DNA of 64,000 nt from Bacillota bacterium (GCA_023459335.1 JAEWUO010000012.1:106-64105), one strand, 5' to 3'. Shown: positions 1 to 10,404, numbered from the stretch's first letter. Numbers and translations: made by a program. Notes: generated from the letters alone by a model not told the origin.

Positions 1-564
1 ATTAAAACTAACTTCTAATCCAATATTTCTCTCTATCATCTAAATCTTTATTTTCAACCTCTTCTATTGGCTCAAAAATAAAATTTTCAACTCCGTATTT
101 TTTAAAAGCCTTGTATAAAACAATTTGAGAAAAATATTCTTTATTATAGTTTAATAAATGCTGACGAAATCTAATCTTAAAGTCTTTAATAGTTTGCCCA
201 ACGTAAGATTTTCCATTAATTTTATTTGTAATTTTATAAATATATCCCATAATATCTCCTCCATATTTTAATTATTAAATATTATGAGAGCTTTTGCACT
301 TCGGATAGAAAATATATCCTACTCTACTTAGATTAATAATATTATTATTATCTTTTCGATAGTCGATGCACCTTCAACCTCTATATTAAATGTAGAGGAA
401 GCTTGGCACAGGATTGTCTCTTATAATAAGATAAGAGATTTCCCTGTTAGCTAATTCACTATTCATCATTTCCTATGAATCCTTGCGTTGAATTAACACC
501 TTAAATTAATAAGTTCACAAAATTGTTTTCTTTTATATCGCTATAAAAGGGAGACTTTTAATCC
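1..564 (-). mobile_element. Group I intron, partial. It comprises the 5' ribozyme segment 564-251 plus a GIY-YIG ORF and runs off the window start; it interrupts the DnaE-like gene.
   Basis: The DnaE-like frame breaks just after ...DPIKYRLPYWRF, with U as the last exon nt. 251-540 is non-coding and shares the boxes TTTGCACTTCGGAT, ATCCTACTCTACT and TTTCGATAGTCG with the PhoH intron (9275-9571). Confidence 0.6.
8..250 (-). CDS. GIY-YIG homing endonuclease, N-terminal part (partial, no stop in window)
   Basis: MGYIYKITNKINGKSYVGQT...RFRQH...YGVENF...REKYWI matches GIY-YIG motifs. The RBS GGAGGAGAT lies upstream. Confidence 0.8.
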   Translation of the reverse strand: MGYIYKITNKINGKSYVGQTIKDFKIRFRQHLLNYNKEYFSQIVLYKAFKKYGVENFIFEPIEEVENKDLDDREKYWIRS

Positions 565-1917
565 AAATCTCCAATAAGGCAGCCTATATTTAATTGGGTC
601 TAATTGAGTTATTCCTAATAAATAATCACTTAAAAATCCAACACTACTTCCTCGCCCCGGCTCTATAATAGAACCACACGCAAGAATAGTTTTAAAAATT
701 TCCCTTAGTGTATTAAAATAAGAAACCAAAGTTACGTTTAATTTATCCGAAATAAATAATATTACCTCAGCTTCAGTTTCCAATCTCTTTAAATATTCTT
801 CATTATTTAATCCCTTTTTATTTAATTGAATTAAACAATTATTAACCCAATAACGTTCTTGAGGATTATCACTTTGAATTAATTTTTCTAAGGCGTGATA
901 AGAACCAATAACCATATAATCACTAAGATTAGCTTTTGGATAGTCTTCGACATCTCTAGTTGGTATATTTTGAGGCTTACTTAATGAGTAGTTTTCTATT
1001 TTCTCATATATCTCCATTGAATTATTACAAAACTCAATAAATTCTTCTTCTGTAAATAGATTTTTAAAATAGGTATTGTAGCACTCTTCGTTATCCATTA
1101 GGTAAGTAGAAGAATAAAAATCATCAACTTCTCTTTCACCATCTTTGGAGTTTAAATAAGCTTTATGAATAGGCTTATCTTCTTTTGTTGCATAATGAGC
1201 GTCAGTTCCAATAACGATTTTTAAGTTTCGACTTTTCGCATATCTAAAGGCGGCTTTATTATATTCTATTTGATCTTTTGTATTGCCAGGAGCAATCTCT
1301 ATGTAAAAATCTTCTCCAAACAATTTTACAAAGAAACTAATCCTCTCATCAATTTCTTTTAGTTTTAATTCTTTTTCTTCTACTTTATTTTCTCTTACTA
1401 ATTTTATATACTCTAATAATAATTGAGAAAAGACAGAACCTAAACAAGCTGATGTGCAAATTAAAGAACCCTTATATTCTTCTACAACAGCCTCTAGTTC
1501 AGAGTACAGAGTTGGTACTCTTCTCATTTTTCCTCTTGAGGCATTATAACTTAGAAGCCAAGCAATAGAGCTAAGTTTTTTCAAAGCCTCGTAACCATCG
1601 GCATTTTTAGCAATAAGAATTAAGTGATAATATTTAATACTCTCTCTGGTTCTCTTTTCAATACAGTAAATTTCATTTCCTATTGCACACTTGAAATCTT
1701 CTGAAATTTCACCTTTTTTCTTTAATTCTTTTTCATTTTTCTTAAAGACTACGCTCCCGGATAGGCATTCATGATTTGTTAAACAACAACCGCTTAGTCC
1801 TAATTTATAAGCGGTTGCAATTAACTTTTTACTAGTATTTATAGAGTCTAATAGTCTAATATTTGAATATTCATCATGCATATGAATTTCAAATCTTTTA
1901 ATTTTATTTAAATCCAT
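565..1917 (-). CDS. dnaE: DNA polymerase III alpha (DnaE-like), exon 1 with PHP domain
   Basis: HMHDEYSNIRLLDS...LTNHE are PHP motifs. GRGSSVGFLSDYLLGITQLDPIKY resembles the DnaE motif GRGSAAGSLVAYxLGITxxDP. The exon end is approximate. Confidence 0.75.
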
Positions 1918-1936
1918 CAGAACCCCTCTTTCGTTT

Positions 1937-2140
1937 TTATTGATATATTCTAACTACCTTTACAGCATACCACTCCTCAACTATTTCACCCTTCTGTTTC
2001 TTTTGTTTCTTTGTAGATTGATATGAGCCAACAATATATTCTTTTGATTTCTTTTCTTCCTCAATCAAAGCTTTTGCTTGCTCCTCTGTATCAACAATAT
2101 ATTCCATTGTTGATTTTAGTAATTCTGCTCCCATTATCAT
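1937..2140 (-). CDS. hypothetical protein
   Basis: 67-aa ORF between a promoter (2182-2210) and the polymerase gene; no recognisable motifs. Confidence 0.4.
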   Translation of the reverse strand: MIMGAELLKSTMEYIVDTEEQAKALIEEEKKSKEYIVGSYQSTKKQKKQKGEIVEEWYAVKVVRIYQ

Positions 2141-2181
2141 GTTACATTCTCCTTTAATAATTATTTTTACTTTCTATATTA

Positions 2182-2210
2182 ATTATACCATAGCTTTCAA
2201 CTAAAGTCAA
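2182..2210 (-). promoter_or_regulatory. phage consensus promoter (TTGACT-17-TATAAT; TTAATATAGAAAGTAAAA downstream variant)
   Basis: Reverse complement of 2205-2210 is TTGACT and of 2182-2187 is TATAAT; spacer is 17 bp. Confidence 0.7.
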
Positions 2211-3986
2211 CTAAAAACTATCGCTAATAAACTCAAAAAATTCTACTTCTTTCATTAAAATTTGCGGCGAAAATACACCCATAAAATTATTAATACTACA
2301 AGTACCTATAATTGAAATTTTCACTTGTTCAAACTTACAAATTTCATCATATTCTTCTTCAGAAAAGAATTTTATAAAGTCAACAGAATTATGTTTAAAA
2401 ATATATGTTCCTTTTGATCTTAATTTTATTTCTTTTGGATTTATTATAATATCTTTTATATGAATTATTGGCTCTGGATTTCCTTGTCCCCATAAGAGAC
2501 TATGTTCGCATATATTAAAAATTATATTAAATAAATTATCTTCATTGTTAAAAGAAAAATCAACTTCATAGAAATTCGTTTTAAAATCAATATCTTTTAA
2601 TTTTTCATTTGCATATTTGGTGAGTTTTTCCAAATTTGATGTTTTTATGGAAAAACCCGCAGCGGCGGCGTGCCCCTCAACATATTCCATTAGTTTGCTA
2701 TCTAACAAAAATTCTCTAAAGTTTTTTAATTCATTGTTATCACAATTTCTAATAGAGCCACTTAATACTCCATTATTTTCTCTACCTAATAATGTTGGAA
2801 TTCTAGTTTCCGCACAAATTCCCATTGCACATAATCCCGTTATTGAGCGAGGGCAAGATAATTCATTTCCATTGAGTATTAAAATTTTATTCTCGTCAAG
2901 ACAATTTTCTACAATTTGTATTTTTAGTTGCTCTATGGCTTTCTCTTTTTCTCTATTTTGCTTATTTTTACAGTTAATGCAATTTCTGGCATTTTGCTCA
3001 CCAACCGTTTCTACTTCATCTTCAGCTGCGCCTCTTTTATTGCTAATAATACTTTCCTCACCATTAATAAAGGCTTGCAACAAAAAATCTTTTTGTTCCA
3101 TAGTTCCAACTCTAATTAATCCATTTATTAGAGGTGTGATATAAAAAGCAATTGTTAATGGGGTTAGATTTCCCTTAGTTGAAAATTCTTGAGCTTTCAA
3201 CAGGGCCGCAAAACCACTGTTGCGAATATGTTTTAAACCGTATTTAATAATATAAGCGTTCTCTGGAACCACAATTTGCATCATATCAGAGATTATTGAA
3301 AGTGCCGCCAAGTCTATAAACTCTCCAGCATTGACAGAGAGTTCTTCATAATCTAGAGCCTGAATAAATTTTAATACAACGCCGCCGCCGCTAAGATGAG
3401 GATTTTCATATTGCCCATCAGTACAATTTACAATAACAGCATCTTCATATTGTTCTATATCTGGAATTAATTTATCATTTATGATATGATGGTCTAAAAC
3501 TAATATATCTATTCCGTGCTCTTTTAAGATTTTATGATATTTTATATCATTACTTCCAGCGTCTGGAAGTATAACCAAATTAAATTGTTCATCAATTATT
3601 TCTAAATAGTGACTCTCTAATCCATGGGCTTTACTTTCGTGAATTTTATAAGAAACCTCTCTGTCATAAAAATTTTTTATAAGATTAATCATCATTGCGG
3701 CCGAACATAATCCGTCGGCATCACTATCTTTAATTACAACAATTTTAGAATTATTTTCGATATGTTTTTTAAATAAATTAACTGCTCTTTTCATATTTTT
3801 CATTGTAAAGGGATCTGGACAACATTCAACTCTATCTTGAGGATTGTTTACTAATTCGTATTCACCTAAGTCTTTTATTAAACCTCTAGCCTTCATTAAG
3901 TTGAAGGATATATTGTTTTCCTTATTTTTGATTATTTGCTCATTTTCTTCTTGGGTATATTTTACTTTTACTTTCATCGAAGTCAC
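2211..3986 (-). CDS. recJ: RecJ-like DHH/DHHA1 single-strand DNA exonuclease
   Basis: DSDADGLCSA, LPDAGSND, LVLDHH (DHH motif) and GHAAAAGFS (DHHA1 motif). Confidence 0.8.
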   Translation of the reverse strand: MTSMKVKVKYTQEENEQIIKNKENNISFNLMKARGLIKDLGEYELVNNPQDRVECCPDPFTMKNMKRAVNLFKKHIENNSKIVVIKDSDADGLCSAAMMINLIKNFYDREVSYKIHESKAHGLESHYLEIIDEQFNLVILPDAGSNDIKYHKILKEHGIDILVLDHHIINDKLIPDIEQYEDAVIVNCTDGQYENPHLSGGGVVLKFIQALDYEELSVNAGEFIDLAALSIISDMMQIVVPENAYIIKYGLKHIRNSGFAALLKAQEFSTKGNLTPLTIAFYITPLINGLIRVGTMEQKDFLLQAFINGEESIISNKRGAAEDEVETVGEQNARNCINCKNKQNREKEKAIEQLKIQIVENCLDENKILILNGNELSCPRSITGLCAMGICAETRIPTLLGRENNGVLSGSIRNCDNNELKNFREFLLDSKLMEYVEGHAAAAGFSIKTSNLEKLTKYANEKLKDIDFKTNFYEVDFSFNNEDNLFNIIFNICEHSLLWGQGNPEPIIHIKDIIINPKEIKLRSKGTYIFKHNSVDFIKFFSEEEYDEICKFEQVKISIIGTCSINNFMGVFSPQILMKEVEFFEFISDSF

Positions 3987-5101
3987 CTTATCCTTTTTTC
4001 TAATAATTTTTTAAATACATCTCCGCCTTGATCTATTGGAGAGTCTTTTTCTTTTGTTAGGTCGCAAAAATCAAAAATAAAACTAGTTGGAATAATACTA
4101 TCTAACTTGTTTTTCATAAGAGTCATTTTTTTAAAATACTCTTCTCTCTTTTTACTGCCACCATTTGGATACTCTTTGTCAAAAGCTATCACTATTTCCA
4201 TCGGATTACAATGTTTTTTTATTAGTCTTATCTGCGGAATACTAATAGATGAGCCGCAAACAGCAACTGAATTATCTATTCCATAACTTTGAGCCTTTAA
4301 AGTACTCTTTTCCCCTTCAAAGATAATACAATATTTTCTATTTTTTATGTTTTCTTTATTTATATTTAAACCATAACAATTTAAACCCAATGGATGTGCA
4401 CACTCTATGGAATTTATCTTTGTTGGCAGATATTTTCCAATTTTATCTGATAACTCTTTATTTATTACTCTTTTCCTTATTCCGATTAGTCGTCCATTAA
4501 CATCATAGTGTGGAATTATTATGTCACCAGAAATTTGTTCTAGTTTTATGTTGAATTCTTCAATAACCTTATCTGAAATTCCTTCCTGTCGCCATTCAAA
4601 ATTATCATATTTTACATAACCAGAAAGTAATTTTTCATTAAGTTCAGATAAAGTCTTTTGAATATATTGGTCTCTATATTCTGGAAAAGATTTTTTGAAG
4701 TAATTTTCATTTTCAAAATCACTTTTCCTAAAAGTTTTTCCATTCAATATAACCTTCATCATATCTGAAAAAACAAATTCTTTCCCTAGTAAATTCATTC
4801 TTTTTTCAAATAAATCAAAAATATCATAAGACTTAGAACAATCAGTATAACATACAAATTTTTGATTTTCTTCATAATAATAAAGCTTAAAAGAACCATT
4901 ATCAGCCTCTACATTATGACATATTGTTTTGAAAACTAAAAACCCTTTAAATTCATTTCTTTGGTATTCCTTAGCACCTAAAAAATCCATAACTCTAATT
5001 ATATCATTAATCGTTAAGCTTTCTTTTATTTTTTCATATTCCAACAAATTCGTAGTTCCTTTCTGCTTTACTTTCCAAAGATTTTTCAACCATTTTATCA
5101 A
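3983..5101 (-). CDS. DNA primase (zinc-binding plus Toprim)
   Basis: Cys/His cluster CHNVEADNGSF...VCYTDC. Toprim-like IIFEGEKSTLKAQS and IAFDKE. Lies between the helicase and RecJ genes. Confidence 0.65.
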   Translation of the reverse strand: MIKWLKNLWKVKQKGTTNLLEYEKIKESLTINDIIRVMDFLGAKEYQRNEFKGFLVFKTICHNVEADNGSFKLYYYEENQKFVCYTDCSKSYDIFDLFEKRMNLLGKEFVFSDMMKVILNGKTFRKSDFENENYFKKSFPEYRDQYIQKTLSELNEKLLSGYVKYDNFEWRQEGISDKVIEEFNIKLEQISGDIIIPHYDVNGRLIGIRKRVINKELSDKIGKYLPTKINSIECAHPLGLNCYGLNINKENIKNRKYCIIFEGEKSTLKAQSYGIDNSVAVCGSSISIPQIRLIKKHCNPMEIVIAFDKEYPNGGSKKREEYFKKMTLMKNKLDSIIPTSFIFDFCDLTKEKDSPIDQGGDVFKKLLEKRIR

Positions 5102-7352
5102 TAACTCTGGTATGATCTACTAAACATTCTTTTTTGCAAATTGTATTTATTACATTATTAATATAAATACTATCGCTTTCTAATAATTCTCTTTCTATTA
5201 GTGCAATATTATCAACAGGATTATAATTAGCGTCTGTTACAATTATATCCTCTCTTCTGCAAGTCCCTAAATCTGAAAAGGACCAAATTCTAATATCTTT
5301 AAATTGTCCCCTTCTATTTTTATAAATATCTAAAACTTGATTTGGCATTTCAGAAAAACCGTTAGTAAGTAACCCAGACAACATTTCCTTGTCTTTATCA
5401 GTAACCTTAGAAAGAATACCGCCTATATCAGCCTTGTCTACGATTGATTTTGAACCTCTGATATATCGGTAGTCTTTTATTCCTTCACTCTTGTCTGGCT
5501 CGCCGCTTATCTGAGTACCTGTTTCGACGAAACAATCGAGTTCTACGGCTAAATCTTTTAGTGCCGTAGATAACAGCATTAAAGCAACGTCTTCCCTTAT
5601 CTTAATATCTCTGAATTCTGTTAAAAGATTTGGAGATGAAAAAATATAATCAAAAATAATATTTCCGATATTTTCTTTAATTACTGTGCGGCGGCACAGG
5701 CTTTTAATTAAAGAAACTGATGGATCTGACATTTTTGTAATTATAAAATTATCTTTAAATTTTTCGACTATATTAATTGCAATATTAAGCCTTTCTTTTT
5801 CTTCTTCAGTTAAAAATTTTAATTTCAATAAAAGCTTTTCTTCATTAATGTCTGATAAATAAGCCAAAATTAAGGTTTGAATTTCGGAAATGTCTTGCTC
5901 TGTGGCTATATAAAAAACTTTTTCATTTGAACCTTCTTGAACCCAAGTTTTTAAACTAGAATTATATCTTATTGGGAATGCCATATAACAAGCATCTCCA
6001 ACCAAATTACGAGTATTATGTGTTACAATAAAGTCATTCATTTGAAATAGGTGCTCTTTATTATCAACATAAAAACATCTCATTTTTGTTTTTATATTGG
6101 TTTTTTCAATTTTTAGAATTTCGTTAAAATCTCTATAAATATCTATATACACATGATAATTAGCACTATGGTAATCATAATAATTTTTTACATAATACCC
6201 GAAGGCTCTTGCTATTAACGTAATTTTATAAACATCATCTTCCTCACAAGAAATTGTTGTAGAGCAATTGAGATACTTTAGGTCGTTTATAAATAGTTCG
6301 TAGCTACTATCTAATTCTAAAAAGTCTAACATCTCTTGGGTGTCAAAGTTTTTATAAATCCCGTTTCCAATTGGGATTTTATAAAATTTAAAGCTATCAA
6401 TATCTTCTGAGGCTTTAAAAATGTCTTCTATGGTTGCAGTAGAAAGTTGTTTATTTCTACCGTAATAGAATGACCATAAATGTTCACCACAGCATTCAGC
6501 TATTCTGCCATCAGAGAAAAATATCCTATAAATAGTTTTCTCATTTTTTTGTGGATAAACACCAAGAACTTCGGTTAATTCTCCTTGTCTGTCGAATAGG
6601 TATTCACCTATAACTATTTCGTCAGCCCTTTTAAATCCTTCAGCTGTAGGTATTAGTGTATTATCTGGTATAGCTTTTCCAATACCTGAGCCACCAGACT
6701 TTATATACATTTTCCCTTTGCGGCCGCCCCTAGTAACAGCATTAAAAAATTGTCCTTGTAATGGTGAACCAACCTCTGGATTTAATTTCAATTCTTCTAC
6801 TAAATCTGTTAATCCTTCAAATATAGAGACAGGTTCAAGAGACTCATTTTGAAGATTACTATATTTACTTTCTAGTGAAACTAAATCATTTTTGTAGATT
6901 TTCATTATATCCTCTATTTTGTAATCATCAAATCTACTATTAATCTCTAATGAATTATCAGCAGTTAAATCTTCACAATAAATATTATTAGTATTGAACC
7001 CCATAGATTTTAAATCTTGAATTAATTTAATCTTTTTAAATTTTTCATATGCTGAATTGAAACTAGTTTCGGATGCATACTCAAAAATTTCATTAAGAAT
7101 AGCTACACCATTTTGCTTTTCAAAAGAACCTTTAATTCTTTCATCAAGAACTATTTGATTTATTACTTGAGGTACAGCAATCTTTTCAGCACCTTCAATA
7201 TAAGCATTATATAGTGCGGCGAAGATTTTTTTATGTACTATATTTGAAAATTCTGTATGACATAAGCAAACCTTACTTGAATCAAAGATCTTTAGATTTA
7301 ACATTAAAGCACCTAATATGCTCATGGCCGCTTGGTTCTCTAATAATAGCAT
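5034..7352 (-). CDS. dnaB: DnaB-like replicative helicase precursor containing an intein
   Basis: N-terminal AAMSILGALML. The Walker A GGSGIGK is interrupted and resumes with T after ...VTHN. C-terminal YKNRRGQ. Confidence 0.85.
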   Translation of the reverse strand: MLLLENQAAMSILGALMLNLKIFDSSKVCLCHTEFSNIVHKKIFAALYNAYIEGAEKIAVPQVINQIVLDERIKGSFEKQNGVAILNEIFEYASETSFNSAYEKFKKIKLIQDLKSMGFNTNNIYCEDLTADNSLEINSRFDDYKIEDIMKIYKNDLVSLESKYSNLQNESLEPVSIFEGLTDLVEELKLNPEVGSPLQGQFFNAVTRGGRKGKMYIKSGGSGIGKAIPDNTLIPTAEGFKRADEIVIGEYLFDRQGELTEVLGVYPQKNEKTIYRIFFSDGRIAECCGEHLWSFYYGRNKQLSTATIEDIFKASEDIDSFKFYKIPIGNGIYKNFDTQEMLDFLELDSSYELFINDLKYLNCSTTISCEEDDVYKITLIARAFGYYVKNYYDYHSANYHVYIDIYRDFNEILKIEKTNIKTKMRCFYVDNKEHLFQMNDFIVTHNTRNLVGDACYMAFPIRYNSSLKTWVQEGSNEKVFYIATEQDISEIQTLILAYLSDINEEKLLLKLKFLTEEEKERLNIAINIVEKFKDNFIITKMSDPSVSLIKSLCRRTVIKENIGNIIFDYIFSSPNLLTEFRDIKIREDVALMLLSTALKDLAVELDCFVETGTQISGEPDKSEGIKDYRYIRGSKSIVDKADIGGILSKVTDKDKEMLSGLLTNGFSEMPNQVLDIYKNRRGQFKDIRIWSFSDLGTCRREDIIVTDANYNPVDNIALIERELLESDSIYINNVINTICKKECLVDHTRVIDKMVEKSLESKAERNYEFVGI
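6015..6674 (-). mobile_element. Intein (220 aa, no recognisable endonuclease domain) in the DnaB P-loop, with a class-3-like signature
   Basis: Starts with Ala (GK|AIPDNTLIPT) and ends ...NDFIVTHN|T. Block B is CCGEHLW, block F has Cys (MRCFYVDN), and +1 is Thr. Confidence 0.8.
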
Positions 7353-7360
7353 TTATTTCA

Positions 7361-7930
7361 TTACTCCATTTCTGATATTTTTATTTTCTTCTTATTCCTT
7401 TTTGAAGAATAGGCATAATGTAAAGAAGGATTTGTTTTTATAATTTCTCTCTTTTTCTCAACATATTCAGCAATTTCTTTTTCTATATTTATTTTTTTAT
7501 ATTCATTAGAACTATAATGTCTTTTTGCCTCTTCATATACATATGGAATTATACCTATTGTCCCATTAGCTTTTTCTTTATTTCCTTTTTTGATTTCATA
7601 AAAATATTTTAAAGTTAAATACATTCCACGATATGTATAACCTTTAGCTATCAGTTTATTTGCTTGAAAAAAGCAGGCTTCTAATACAGGAATTCCAAAT
7701 AAATCCGCAACATAGTAAAAAAACAAATCTTTATCAGCACCCATTTTTTCACTTAACTCTCTTATTTCTTTTGCAGTTTTATTATCAAAAATCTTTTCAC
7801 CATTCTCAATAATCTTATTTAAACTACCTAAGCTAATTTCAAAATTCCTGACTGTTGCAGCTTTATTCCTGGTTTCTCTATAGAAGAGAAGAATTCTCTT
7901 CTTCTCTTCATCTGTAAAATTTTTTGACAT
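7361..7930 (-). CDS. hypothetical protein (N-terminal HTH-like segment)
   Basis: 189-aa ORF directly downstream of promoter 7962-7990. RNKAATVRNFEISLGSLNKII is HTH-like. Confidence 0.45.
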   Translation of the reverse strand: MSKNFTDEEKKRILLFYRETRNKAATVRNFEISLGSLNKIIENGEKIFDNKTAKEIRELSEKMGADKDLFFYYVADLFGIPVLEACFFQANKLIAKGYTYRGMYLTLKYFYEIKKGNKEKANGTIGIIPYVYEEAKRHYSSNEYKKINIEKEIAEYVEKKREIIKTNPSLHYAYSSKRNKKKIKISEME

Positions 7931-7961
7931 AATAATAATTCAACCCCTTTCTTATATTATA

Positions 7962-7990
7962 ATTATATCATATTTTGCGAAAAAAGTCAA
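7962..7990 (-). promoter_or_regulatory. phage consensus promoter
   Basis: Reverse complement gives TTGACT (7985-7990), a 17-bp spacer and TATAAT (7962-7967). Confidence 0.7.
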
Positions 7991-8395
7991 TTATATTTCA
8001 TCAAGGTATTCCGCCGCAGTTGCAGTAAATGAGCGTTCACCTTGTTTTAGTTGAATTTTTCCAAATATTTTGGAATATTCATTTGATTTTGATAATTGAT
8101 TTAATAATTTCAAACCAGAGCGATTTCTAAATAGTTGAGAGTCAGCCTGCTTAATATCTCCGTCAAATATAATTTTACTCCCCTCGCCGCAACGTCCAAG
8201 AAGTAATTTCATATGCTCTTCGGTTATATTTTGAGCTTCATTTATTAAAATCGTTGAATTATTAAACGAACGCCCTCTAACCGAAGAAATAGGGACAATC
8301 TCTAAAGACTCTTCTGAAATTAATCTATTTATATGGTCAATTCCAACTATATCTACTAAAGGTCCAGCTTGACCTATTAATTTCGATATTATATC
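7991..8395 (-). CDS. phoH: PIN-PhoH (YlaK-like) ATPase, exon 2
   Basis: DIISKL...ILINEAQN (Walker B-like)...IIFDGDIKQADS continues the PhoH consensus after GFLPG. Confidence 0.75.
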   Translation of the reverse strand, partial: DIISKLIGQAGPLVDIVGIDHINRLISEESLEIVPISSVRGRSFNNSTILINEAQNITEEHMKLLLGRCGEGSKIIFDGDIKQADSQLFRNRSGLKLLNQLSKSNEYSKIFGKIQLKQGERSFTATAAEYLDEI

Positions 8396-9571
8396 CATTT
8401 ATCCTATAGATTTCTAAATAGGATAGACTATATCTTATTTGCTTTATTTAGATTTAGATTTAAGATTTTTATAAAATAAGTTTTTTCTATCTAAAAAGAT
8501 TGTAGCATCACTATATAAATACTCTAATATTTTTAAACAAATTATATTACCCTTCCATCTACAGAAATAAGCGTTTGCTTTAAAAATGCTATTTGTACTA
8601 TTTTTAGAAATAGCTTTATCAATTTCATTTTGAAAACTTTTTACGAAAAGTTCATTATATCCAGTAAAAGAAACCACAACACTATTACTGCTCTTGTCAA
8701 TATAAATAGAGCCATCTCCATCTAACAAACCTCTTAAATAATGTCTACGTAAATGCTCTGGAATAAGGTTTATTTGAATGTCTTCTAAAGAGTAAGTTTT
8801 ATTTGGAATAATTTCATATTTCCTTAAATCTTCACACATTTTTCTACTATAAACGGCAAATTGATATGAATGCTTTTTATCTCTTTTATCATAGGTTAAT
8901 TTATTATCACTACCAACAATTTTTTGTATTTTTTCTAATAATTCTCTATCTGATTCTTTTAAACAAATCCCCCAACAGGCTAAAGCGTTCCCATTTTTAT
9001 TATTTTTCACATAACCATCAGTTTTTAACAGTCCCACAATATAAGCTTGTTCTTCTGTTGTTATTTCATTAAAAAAATCTTCTTTCAAGTAATGGTTAAT
9101 TTTTTTACTTTTTGTTTTTTCTATATTGAGTTCTTTCATAATTCTTCTTACTGTATTTTGATGACAGTTTATTTTTTCACCTATTTTTTTAAATGAATAG
9201 AATTCATTGTTCATTTTTATAACTATTTCCAATTCTTCTTGAGTTAAAACTCTTTTCTTCATTTTAATAATCACCTCCTTTTAATAAAATTTACTTATAT
9301 AAATCTAAATCTAAGTATTAAAACAAATCTTTGCACTTCGGATTTAAAAAATCCTACTCTACTATTATAATTACCTATAATTTCGATAGTCGTTGAACCT
9401 TGCTCTTTATTTTTAAAGAACCTCGGCTGCGGATTGAACAATCTTTTGATTTTTTACTATACCTTAATAATTAGTTAAGCCACAATAATATCGCTATTAT
9501 TGTTTAGTATCAAAAGCTCTAAGCTCTTCCCCGTCAATTCACAAAGTTTTAACCCAGCCATTTAATATCTA
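8396..9571 (-). mobile_element. Group I intron with LAGLIDADG ORF, splitting the PhoH-like gene
   Basis: Exon 1 ends ...GFLPG (ggt, U last). The intron ends ...AAATG (G last) directly before GAT ATA (DIISK). Shares sequence boxes with the DnaE intron. Confidence 0.7.
8444..9274 (-). CDS. LAGLIDADG homing endonuclease (double motif) with N-terminal HTH
   Basis: YIVGLLKTDGYV and YLRGLLDGDGSI motifs. Located inside the intron. Confidence 0.8.
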   Translation of the reverse strand: MIIKMKKRVLTQEELEIVIKMNNEFYSFKKIGEKINCHQNTVRRIMKELNIEKTKSKKINHYLKEDFFNEITTEEQAYIVGLLKTDGYVKNNKNGNALACWGICLKESDRELLEKIQKIVGSDNKLTYDKRDKKHSYQFAVYSRKMCEDLRKYEIIPNKTYSLEDIQINLIPEHLRRHYLRGLLDGDGSIYIDKSSNSVVVSFTGYNELFVKSFQNEIDKAISKNSTNSIFKANAYFCRWKGNIICLKILEYLYSDATIFLDRKNLFYKNLKSKSK

Positions 9572-10384
9572 ACCGGGTAAGAAGCCTAGCTCCATAGCAT
9601 TTTCCGTATATGCATTATTAGGAATATAAATAATCTTTTTCCCTTTCTTTTCATATTCTTGTAAAGCATAGTTTAAAGAAATAAATGATTTTCCTTTTCC
9701 AAAGCCGCCGCTTACACTAATTATTGTGATGTCTTCATCACTTAATAAATCAAAATAAAATAATTGTTCTAGAGATTTTGGCTTTACCGTATTACAAAAT
9801 GAATTTTTTATAAAATTTTTATAATTTTTAGAATTAATTGTTATAGGTTCACCATTTTTTATTTTAAAAACACTATGTTCAACGCCTTCGGCTTTTAGAA
9901 TTAGAAATTCATTATTGTAAATTTCTAAATCTCTTGGGATTTCCCCTTTCATAAGATCACCATATAGAGTATCACATTCTTCCATAGGACCATTAAATTC
10001 AACAACTCCAGAGTGGATTTCATTAAAAGAGAATTTTCCAGTTTTTATACCAAAAATATTAGCCTTCAAAGACAAACATAAATCGTTTGTTATAATAATT
10101 GAGTTGTTGATATCTGCTTTTGCAATTTCAATTATTTCATTATCTACGGTTCTTGTAGACTCGAAAAATTCTAAATCGCCAAAACTAATTTCTGTGCGAT
10201 ATTTTTCTATTTGTGTCGCAGCACGTCTAGCTGACATTGCCACCTCTCTATTTTGACTATCTTTTAATTTTTCTAATTCGTGAATTACCCCGTATGGAAT
10301 AACTATTGTAGATAAATCTTTTTGTCTTGTAAAAAAAGATGGATAATCTAATAATACATTTGTATCTATTACTTTTACTGTCAT
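9572..10384 (-). CDS. phoH: PIN-PhoH (YlaK-like) ATPase, exon 1 (PIN domain plus Walker A)
   Basis: VIDTNVLLD (PIN), VSGGFGKGKS (P-loop), ends ELGFLPG. Confidence 0.75.
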
Positions 10385-10404
10385 TTTTAAACTCCTTTGT
10401 TTAA

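Noticed and set aside
2617-3144. Long antisense or nested ORFs inside larger genes. Examples are 2617-3144, 10821-11015, 13847-14098, 23148-23429, 25415-25939, 26147-26455, 30292-30639, 39514-39807, 45049-45483, 45619-45927, 48091-48405, 49413-49661 and 61939-62283.
   Set aside because: They lie opposite or inside ORFs with clear family motifs. They have no RBS or promoter. Their low-complexity Leu/Ser/Phe-rich composition is typical of shadow frames in AT-rich DNA.
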